Source: Utricularia gibba
Lineage: Eukaryota; Plantae; Magnoliophyta
NCBI GenBank assembly: GCA_002189035.1
Contig: NEEC01000010.1
Span: 3,224,001 to 3,288,000 of the forward strand
Length of the DNA stretch: 64,000 bases
Direction of reading: 5' to 3'
Shown: piece by piece, positions 12,484 to 22,105 of the stretch
Numbering within the stretch: the stretch's first letter is position 1
How the letters are laid out: each line of letters opens with the position of its first letter
Program-made: the position numbers and the translations under genes
The notes under the pieces: generated by a model
Databases searched by the model: none
Told to the model about the DNA's origin: nothing
The model's input: the letters and a program-made list of their open reading frames with translations, nothing else

Positions 12484-13584
12484 ATGAACCCGCAGCTTCC
12501 GTTTCCGATGAACGATTCTCTATTCATGGACCAATTCCCAGGCTTGGAGGCCCTCTCGGCGCCTCCATACCTGACCTCTGGTTCTGGTTCCTTGCACTGC
12601 GTCGCAGGCGAAGGAAACCATCTGCCCTGCAAACTCTCTCCTGGGGAGCTCGCTGCTGTTTTCTATGGCGAGACTGGTTACCAAGAGATGAAGAGAAAAG
12701 GGGCGATGGGCTCCACTTCAGAGACCACTTCTTCTCATTCGAGATCCACAGATGTGAGTGAGTTTTGCTATTGTCTTGAAGTTTAGAACGCACAGACACA
12801 ACCTTTTTAGGTGTGGGCTCTTGAGTCGGATTCAACCCTTTCACGGTGGCTCATTATGCTATGAATTTGGGTTTCTTTTAGGGGTCAAGGAGAAGCAAGA
12901 AGGCAAGGAAAGAGGATGATGGGAAACACAAGGATGTGGTTCATGTGAGGGCGAGGAGGGGTCAGGCCACTGACAACCATAGCTTAGCTGAAAGGGTAAA
13001 GCTCCACATTATTCCACCTTTTTGCTCCCCTTTCGAAAAGGGATTGAAAAATCATCTTATTGCTGATGTTGATGATCAGGCGAGGAGAGGCAAAATCAAC
13101 GAGCGTTTGAAGTTACTGAAGGATATTGTCCCCGGCTGCTGTAAGGTATATATATCGTCTTGCATCTTCCCAGCTTCGAAACAAGATGATTCATGCCTTT
13201 CTACTGATACCCATTACAATGCTTCAATGCACACAGAGCATGGGGATGGTGGTGATGCTGGACGAGACCATCAACTACGTCCAATCCTTGCGGAATCAAA
13301 TCGAGGTATGCAACCAAACAAACACACAAATCCGGCATCCAAAACTTGCTTCTTGATGCTAAAACTAACACCCACTTTGCTCAGTTCCTTTCGATGCAAC
13401 TGGCGGCAGCCAGCACTCCCGTCGACGAATACAACCTCGACGCGCTGCAGGTTCGGCTCGTCTTCTCAGAAAGTTTGGATCGTTCAACAAACGGTTAAAC
13501 TCAGGCGATTGCTTTGCCTTTCCACAGTGCCTGTCGGCAAGCCTCAGCTATGGAGATCCCCTTCAGCTGCCTCCTGGCAAGTGA
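12484..13584 (+). CDS. bHLH transcription factor, BEE/CIB/HBI1 group
   Basis: [19 protein letters not shown] | [20 protein letters not shown] | [22 protein letters not shown] | [10 protein letters not shown]; canonical GT/AG introns. The last exon and stop at 13584 are less certain. Confidence 0.9.
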
Positions 13585-14019
13585 AGACTCCGTTTTGCAT
13601 TTTTGACTGCGGCATCCAGGAAAGAAAGAAAGAACGAAATGTGGCGTCAAAAACCGGTGTAGACTGTAGAGTCCCGCGTACGGACTCCGGTTTCAGAAAG
13701 GACTGCACTTACATCTGTTCATAGTAACGTAAACAGTATCTTATTTATTACAAAATTTCTTCGATTTCTTTATTACAAATTTTATTTTAATAAATAACTT
13801 AATAATACAATAAATTTAATTATATTTATATCATAACCCAATCATTTTAGGGACAACTTAAAAAAAAGAATAATCACTACAAATATATTATTATTATTAT
13901 TATCATTGATACAAAACTTCAAATTAAAATTGTGTTGTTTCATTATAGATTCGAAAATCAATAAAATTTAAAATGAATAAATCATCATTTAAAAAATCAT
14001 TGATACCTATTTCTAAATA

Positions 14020-14375
14020 TAATTGAATTGTTTTAAACCAAATCTTCATACATACAATATTTTTTAAGTATTAACAAAAGTTATGATTAAATCATTTTAT
14101 TTCATGAATTATCTATTTTTAAATACGATTGAATTGTTTTAGATCACAAACTAATCTTTATACATATGATTTTTTTGGGTTTAGGATTCACAAAAATTAT
14201 GATTAAATCATTTTATTTCACAAATTATCTATTTTTAAATACGATTGAGTCGTTTTAAATCAAGAACTACTCTTTATACATATGATTTTTTTGGGTTTAG
14301 TATTCACAAAAATTAAATTAAATCATTTTATTTTACGGATTATCTATTTTTAAATACGATTAAATCGTTTTAGAT
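14020..14375. repeat. AT-rich tandem repeat, 116-bp period, about 3 copies
   Basis: The unit beginning TTA(T/A)(G/A)ATTAAATCATTTTATTT recurs at 14081, 14197 and 14313; a degenerate partial copy lies upstream. Confidence 0.9.
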
Positions 14376-15842
14376 GATGAAGTAATCTGATTTTTTGAGT
14401 AGGCATGAAAAGGGAATAGGAAGATGGGACATGATTAGGAGTGGGAGGGATGGCGTCGCCAGCTGCGGATCCAGTGGAGCTTCGATGGTTGTAGCCCAGC
14501 CCCCCACGAGGAGTGGGGGCGTGTCTTGCCTTTCTTTACTGGGCCTGGGGACAGATTCATCTGAACCAACAATCATCCATCAGTTGCCAAGGGCAAAGAG
14601 ATAAAGGCGTGGGGCTTATCTTCCACCCAACGCCTACCCACAAATCATTCGCATTCCCATTCCCATTGGCAGCCTCCGTTATACAGCGGGCGTCACCTCC
14701 CAAAACTGCTGCTAACTCCCTCGTTCACAGGATTCAACCACACAACACTGTTCTGCGCACCAAGCCGACCTCGGAATAATTGAGTTTAGGAGGCGAGGGC
14801 GGCAGTCCTTACTTGTGCTTATCGCGTTTGATGGTTTCAGAAAAGACGATTTTGGAATGTAGCTGGGGTGTCAGTGTCGCAGACACCTCCTCTTTTATTG
14901 AGTTCAACTCATGTTGCCCCCCTGACAACGAAGCATATGAATCTGGATGGATGGTACCCAAGAGAAGGCAGTAAATGGGGTGGCTACAAGCTGGGTGTTT
15001 CATTCATCAGTCCTCCCGGTTAACTGTTTAAGGAAACCATTCTGGAAGAGGAAAGGCTCACGAACCATAGGGGTCCTCGCCTAGGCCCCTTGTAGGAAGC
15101 CCGTGATGATCTATCTAGTCCAGTAAGCTCCACGGGCTTCGACCCCCGGTCACACTTTTTAAGGTAAGGCCTCAACCTGTTCAAAGCAGATTTAATGCCC
15201 CACTTGAGGGATGTGATCCACACCGCGTCTCCTTTTTCTCCTTCAAACCAGTAACCCAGAGGTTTCTAACGTGTTGGGTTTCTTCACAAGTCTCCTGCAA
15301 GCTATACTGTGAATGCACTCTATCCAGGAAGAGTTGATTCCACCTGCTTTGAAGGGGATGCACATTGCAATGTGCTGTCAAGAGGGTTGCATTAACATCA
15401 TCCGAGGCTGCAATGGCTTTCACTGGCGACCGTCAAGGATCAGATGCGGTGTTCGATCGAGACTTTGCAGAGAAAACAAGGCAAACTTCCGGGTGCCTCT
15501 GTCTGTGTAAATGAAAGCTTTTGAATCACCATGTGTTCATGTGGACACCCTTGGACTTCATCAAGCTACACCTAAATCTGAAATATCCTGAGAAGAAGGC
15601 TCAATATCACCAAGCGAACACAGAGAGAGTCAGGAAACTGGGAGATGAGATCACCCCTGAGGACACAAGCTCTGAATGCTTGAAAAAACACGAATTATTA
15701 AATAAAAATGGGGAAAAAAAAGAGATTCGAGAGCAATGTTATTCACAGACACTTTGACACGTACATTTGATTTTTAGACACGAAAGGACGGGTACTGTGC
15801 GACTGGGAGAAAGGTCGACACGACGTCTCCGTTTTTTCTTAC

Positions 15843-15897
15843 CACGTGCGTAGTATGTGCGGCCTTACCTGGAATTCTTACACGTGGCCACGTGTAA
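15843..15897. promoter_or_regulatory. Three G-boxes, two forming the perfect 20-bp palindrome TTACACGTGGCCACGTGTAA
   Basis: CACGTG at 15843-15848, 15881-15886, 15889-15894; the palindrome spans 15878-15897; TATA CTATAAAA at ~16008. Confidence 0.7.
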
Positions 15898-16114
15898 TTT
15901 TGATATTTTTTTGAATGTTTATTATGCGTAAAATATTATTTTTTTTCTTTTTTGAAATGGAGATTTTCGCCAAGCAGAAGTTGGCCTTGTTTGTAGTGTC
16001 ATTTTCCCCTATAAAACGACGGGCGTTGGTTGCTTTACCAAGGAATCCGTTCCGCCTTCATTATCATTTTCGCTTTCCTGGTTTCTCGATCAATCCTTGT
16101 ACGGAGAAAGAAGA

Positions 16115-17778
16115 ATGTCGACGGTTTGTGTGACTGGGGGCTCCGGGTACGTCGCCTCGTGGCTCATCAAGGTGTTGCTCCAGCGTGGTTACACTGTCAG
16201 AGCTTCTGTTCGTATTCCCAGTGAGTGATCCCTTTACCCTCTTCACATTCGCTGTTGTTTGATCTGTGATATGCCTCCCCGATGATTTCCGGGGTTTGCG
16301 CCATCTGGGTGTGACATGCGTGTGATATTTCCAGATCTGCTTTTTCTCAACTGGTGGTTTGTTTTTACTTCACCCTATTTATCGGTGGGTTGTATTGTGG
16401 TTGACGGAGGACGTGGACTGATCTGCAGATGATCCTAAGAAGACCCAGCACTTGCTTTCACTCGAAGGGGCCAAGGAGAGGCTTAAACTGTCCAAGGCGG
16501 ATTTGCTTGAGGAGGGGTCTTTCGATTCAATCATCTCCGGCTGCGATGGCGTTTTTCACACTGCGTCGCCCTTTTTCTTTGACACCAAGGATCCGCAGGT
16601 TCCATTCTCGCCTTTCTTGCACCCATGAGGCTTGGGAACCCCATAAATTGCATACTGTGAGATTTGCTTTACGCCGAGTTGTGGTTTTTAAACCTGAGTC
16701 ACGACTATGGGAACCTTTTTCTGGGATACGGGATGTTATATCTCCTTTTGGTTTCATGTAGTTTTTGTTAGCCATTCTTTCTTGACTGATTGTTTCTCCC
16801 AGGCGGACTTGATAGATCCCGCAGTGAAGGGGACTCTGAATGTGCTTGGCTCTGTTGCGAAGTCACCTTCTGTTAAAAGAGTGATTTTAACCTCTTCTGA
16901 AGCTGCTGTATGTTTCAACGGTACCCCCTAACACCGGAGGTGGAAATCGATGAGACTTGGTATTCGGATGCTGATTTCTGCAGGAAAAACCAGGTAAACT
17001 CTAACCTCTGGTGTTGTACCTATGATGTGCACTTATCAGGCTATCCATTTCCCACCAGCTGTGGTATGTGCTTTCCAAGACACTGGCTGAGGAAGCTGCC
17101 TGGAAGTTTGCAAAAGAGAAGGGCATCGACCTGATAACCATTAACCCCACCTGCGTTATCGGACCACTGCTCCAGCCATCACTTAATACAAGTTCCTCCA
17201 ACATATCCTACTTGATAAATGGCAAGATTATGCAGGCATTTTTTTCCTTATCGCTCAAGTTGCCTTTGATATCAATGTTTGTAAGTCGTTCTTGGCATGC
17301 AATCAGGTGCTGAAACATACCCAAATGCGACGTATGGTTGGGTAGATGTCAGGGATGTAGTGAATTGCCATGTCCTGGCATTTGAGAATCCTTCGGCTAG
17401 CGGAAGATATCTCATGGTAGAGAGAGCTGCTCAACACAAAGAGATTGCTGACATTCTGCGCAAACTGTATCCTAACTTCAAGCTTCCTGACAAGTTAGTT
17501 TTCCTTTGATCATCAGTTCAATGTAGCGCTTCGTTCTTTTTTTTTCGCTACTGCACGTGCTCATTTCCATGCGCCCTGAACCCTGATCAGCAACATTTCC
17601 TCTGAATCCCAAATTTCTTCTCAGGCCTTCTGATGACAAGCCATTGACACCCATCTACCGTGCCTCAAAGGAAAAGGCAAAGAGCCTCGGGGTTACCTTC
17701 ATTCCCCTGGAACAAAGTGTCAAGGACACTGCTGAAAGCTTGCTGGAGAAGGGTTTTCTCAAGCCAGTAACTATCTAA
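16115..17778 (+). CDS. NAD(P)H-dependent extended SDR, phenylacetaldehyde reductase / CCR-like (DFR superfamily); one -1 frameshift at 16924-16928
   Basis: [51 protein letters not shown] (YxxxK; lacks the CCR NWYCY motif), WVDVRDV. The frame switches at GTACCCCCTAACACC. Confidence 0.9.
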
Positions 17779-18312
17779 ATGCTGCCATTCTCGCCGCGGC
17801 ATTACCTTGCACTGTGTGAGCACTGGCAGATGAGCCTTGCCTTTGGTTTGCAGTTAATAAGATAGTGTGCTTTGTAGGGCATGGTGAACTTGATGCATAT
17901 GCTAGCTATCTAATGAATAAGATATGCTTTACTTAAGCGGTGTGCATTCTTGTTTTCTTTCTTGATCTGCAAGCGAAAAACATTGTTTAACCCTGAAAGC
18001 TTGCAAGGGGCATTCATCCCATGTAAGCTCAGGCCAAGATTACCAGAAGTCATGAACTTAAGATGGAATCCAGGCACTGCTGAAAACTAATGATTAAGAC
18101 AACACCATCAACATTGATAGACTGAATAGAAAATTCAAATGTAGCTGAAATGGAAAAGTGCCAATCTCTCAACTTAATCCACGCTGCGAAGCGAGATTAA
18201 CACTACAAATTTTGATATGGAGATACTTGAAAGACAAGAACTTGACCAGCAGCAATTCGACCAACTTCACAAATCACACATACATAGCAAGTTCATCATC
18301 AGTTACAACGTC

Positions 18313-18914
18313 CTAGACTACTGACGCAGTCTTCTTAAGATCATCATCAACCGCCTTGGGTTGGCTGGGGATCATCGCATAACCCAATTTCTTCTTTATA
18401 TCATTTACCTCATCATCATCATCAGAGGACTCAACATCCTCTCCGTGAAGCCTACAGGGAGAAAAGATAGCCCACAGAAGGTACATGATTGCAGCTGTAA
18501 GGCCGCCACATCCGACGCCCAAAAGCAAGGCGCCGACAACACTCATGATATCTCTGGAGCGATCGCGGATTGAATTCGAAAGCGACGGATAAAATTGGGC
18601 AGGCAGATCAGCCGGTTTCTCAAGGAACGACATCCGTGAAACATCCTCGAAATTGGGATTGAAATCCGAATCGAGAGGTGACGGGTCTGGGAAGCGAGCT
18701 GCGGTGGACGAAAAAATCAGGGTCAGGTACCGAGGGCCGCGACTACGGATCAGGAAATGGGAATTAGGTTTCCCGGGGTGCGAATTGTAGGGTAAAAAGT
18801 GGTGGCGGTGGAGAAATAGAATATGGTTTTGCAGGGGCGCGCGGAGGCCGCCACAACGAGGGAGAGGAGGAGGAGGAGGAGGACGGCGGCGGCGGAGGGT
18901 GCGGAGGTCGCCAT
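18313..18914 (-). CDS. Uncharacterised plant protein with signal peptide and one transmembrane helix; intronless; one -1 frameshift near 18790
   Basis: MATSAPSAAAVLLLLLLSLVVAASARPCKTIFYF (signal peptide, ARPCK), then in a shifted frame ...SIRDRSRDIMSVVGALLLGVGCGGLTAAIMYLLWAIF, an acidic run, and KLGYAMIP. Confidence 0.75.
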
Positions 18915-19842
18915 TTGCAGTTTACCTTTTCAACGGAAACATCAGATGGAGAGTCAAGTAGACTTGGGGCGTTGGGAGAAGGAGACGTATAATTAAGGGA
19001 AAGTATTTAATATTTTTTTTATAAAAAAATATCTTTTTTAATTTTAAATAATGTAGGGAAGTATTAAAAAAAGAGCATCAATTCCCTCTCCCCTGTCCTA
19101 CAAGCCATTGATTTACTGCATTCTGCCATGAAACGCTGGCAGATTTTTAATCGAGAATCCTTGACTTCCAATAGTCAAGAAACTCCTCAATTGGGAGGTA
19201 TGATAATTTAGTGTCTTTTCATTTTTTAAGGAGTAGGTAGGTATGCTTAACAGCCTGAAAGAGAGTTACCGGGTGACCAGGGCGGGTAGAGGACGACTGT
19301 ATCCTGCTACCCTTCCCTTCCGAGCCTTCATTTAATTTGGGTTGATTATTTGCAGGTCATTCATCCATTCTGTTGATCCCTTTCCTGACGGGTGTTCTGA
19401 TTGATCTCTTCGCTCTGCGTTTGATATGCTATTAGTTCTTTGTGGGTTTTTCTTTGGTTGATCTTCTCATCATGTTTCGTTGAGTTTCGAGCAATGTTAT
19501 GTATTTGGATGTGTTTTTGACTATGTGCTTCCCGCTGACTTCTGCTTCTGATAGATTGGTTGGAAGATTAAATCTGTATGTTAGTTTTCTGATTCTAGCT
19601 TGGGTTTTTTAAATTTCTGTTTTTGGGGGTGGAAAAATGCCAGCTTTCTGGGCTGGTTAATCATTCACCCCGGGTACATATGTTTATACAGCTCTGCGGG
19701 ATCCTGATTCCTTCTTTTTGTGTTTAGGACAGTTGACTCGAAGTGGGGTTTGAAGAGCTTTATCTTCGGGATTATTTGGTAGATTATGATATTGTGTCCG
19801 TAACTGATAACAATAGAACCATAGTTTTACGTTTGAGAGAAG

Positions 19843-21742
19843 ATGTTACCAAGAAAGAATGCCGGTCATGTTTCTCCCTTATTGTTGATACTAGTGGCTC
19901 TTGGTTTCTTCGTGGCTACCTATAATTTCGTTACACTGATAATCCACAAGACTGTTCCAAGTACCAGTGAGGAGTTGAGTGATCCTGTAGTTAGCAGGCC
20001 TTATGCGATGTCAAAGGGAGTGGGTCCAAAATATCATGTTGCATTGACAGCAACTGATGCACCATATAGCAAATGGCAATGTCGGGTTATGTACTACTGG
20101 TACAAGAAGATGAAAGATGTGCCTGGATCAGATATGGGAGGATTTACTCGGATTTTACATTCAGGAAGTCCTGATAATCTAATGCAGGAGATGCCTACCA
20201 TGATCGTTGATCCTCTTCCAGAAGGGCTTGATCGGGTGAGTACCATAGGATTTTTTTAAAAGCATCAAAAGAATCATGTGGGATATGAAATGATGTGGTG
20301 TTTGGACAGAATGACCTTGATTTCTACCCTTGGTAACCATAATGATGGTTATTTTGTTGTGCTCGGATTTTACATTCTGGTAATTTTTGTGACAGGGTTA
20401 TATCGTCTTAAATCGACCCTGGGCCTTTGTCCAGTGGCTGGAAAAATCTGAAATTGAGGAAGAGTAAGACTTTCTACTTGGCTTTCGTAGTCTTTCCATT
20501 TCTAAAATCTTTCTGTTCATGTTGCTGATGATGCAGCTACATTCTAATGGCTGAACCTGATCACATATTTGTTAATCCACTGCCAAATTTGGCCAATGGA
20601 GATGTTCCAGCTGCATTTCCTTTTTTCTACATACGGCCAACTGACAACGAAAAAATTATAAGAAAATACTATCCCCAGGAGAAAGGTCCAATAAGCAATG
20701 TTGATCCAATTGGGAATTCTCCTGTAATTATCAAGAAGGTTGTCCGATGCACTTTTATTGGTTTTCCTTGCCTCGCATTGAATATACACAGTTTCCAGTG
20801 TTTCATTGACTATTTAACACTCTCGAAAAACTCTGTTTTGCAGTCAATTTTGGCGAGTATTGCACCTACATGGATGAATGTATCACTGCAAATGAAAGCT
20901 GACAATGAAACTGATAAAACCTTTGGCTGGGTGTTGGAAATGTGAGTTCTTGTATCAGCATAAACCAATGTTATATATATCCTAGGATTTTTTTCGTTTT
21001 GTTTCAAATTGGTTTGACGCCCTTACACCTAAGGTTTCAATTGGATGGAATTCATACTTCAAGCTTTACTCTCCAGCCCCTTACCATCGGCTTATCTATT
21101 CTCTGACAATGTTATAGGTATGGTTATGCCATTGCATCGGCGTTGCACGGAGTTCGGCACATTCTACGTAAGGACTTCATGCTTCAGGTGTGTGGATAGT
21201 TGTTGCGCACTGTTACCTCCCCCTTCCCTCTCCATATTCATCTCTGTCATACCTTTGCTCCCTTCAGCCACCTTGGGACACAGAAGTCGGGAAGAAGTAC
21301 ATACTGCATTTTACTTATGGTTGTGACTACAACATGAAGGTAGTATACCTCAACTCTAGTGGGGTTATGTGTGAAAAGTGCTTAGAAGAAATTAGAGCAA
21401 GTGCTATATGCTGTACAGCGAGTGCTCTATCCTTCTGCAGTGTGATATAATTGGTGTGTGTGTTCTTGTGAGCATCAGGGGGAGCTAACTTATGGGAAGA
21501 TCGGAGAATGGAGATTTGACAAGCGATCGCACATTCAGGGTCCTCCTCCGAGAAATCTGTCGCTGCCGCCGCCCGGAGTTCCGGAAAGCGTTGTACGTTT
21601 TTGTCATCTTAGATTAAGCTTCAGGGGCAGTAGTAGCCAAGTGAACTACTTATTGGTGTTTGTATTGGAACTTCTGCAGATAAGATTGGTGAAGGCTGTG
21701 AACGAAGCAAGTGCAAACATTCCTGATTGGTACAAGTTATAG
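19843..21742 (+). CDS. HPAT: Hydroxyproline O-arabinosyltransferase (HPAT/RDN1 family)
   Basis: Type II TM anchor, HVALTATDAPYSKWQCRVMYYWY, MGGFTRILHSG, LNRPWAFVQWL, ILMAEPDHIF, FGWVLEMYGYA, ILHFTYGCDY, WRFDKRS. Confidence 0.95.
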
Positions 21743-22105
21743 GGGAGCGGGAGACGGTTCTGTTCAATTCAGAGATCAGGAGAAGATACAAAAATGTTAC
21801 TTGTATACGGTATTGTGTTCTGAAAATGCAACTCCAGCAGAACATTGAATGTTTTCTTCTGATAAATATATCCATTTTGCGCCTGAACGCCATCATATTT
21901 GCAAATGCTGCTGCACTGTTTATAGAATCCCATATCCTCCATTGTCAAAGAATCCCACATGTAGGACTAAAAAGAGGCATCTTATACATAGCATTCATTC
22001 CTCAGCATAGCGATTCCCACTAAGTCAATGGGGGGATAGTCTGTACCTCTCTTTCTATTAGGACTTGAGCAATGAGAGGCAATGCTACTCCAAAAGATCA
22101 TGTTA

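Noticed and set aside
12936-13724. 262-aa ORF in the bHLH locus
   Set aside because: Read-through of introns that happen to lack stops; the real protein is spliced from several frames.
14600-15400. Weak LINE RNase H-like peptide fragments (PPSPPKLN, VVES, FEGDA)
   Set aside because: They are scattered over different frames and strands and too short to support a mobile-element call.
15190-15430. Fragments resembling plant 7SL/SRP RNA (CAAGTGGGGCATTAA; GAGGCTG..GGCTTTCAC)
   Set aside because: The two resemblances are on opposite strands and no USE/TATA Pol III promoter is present.
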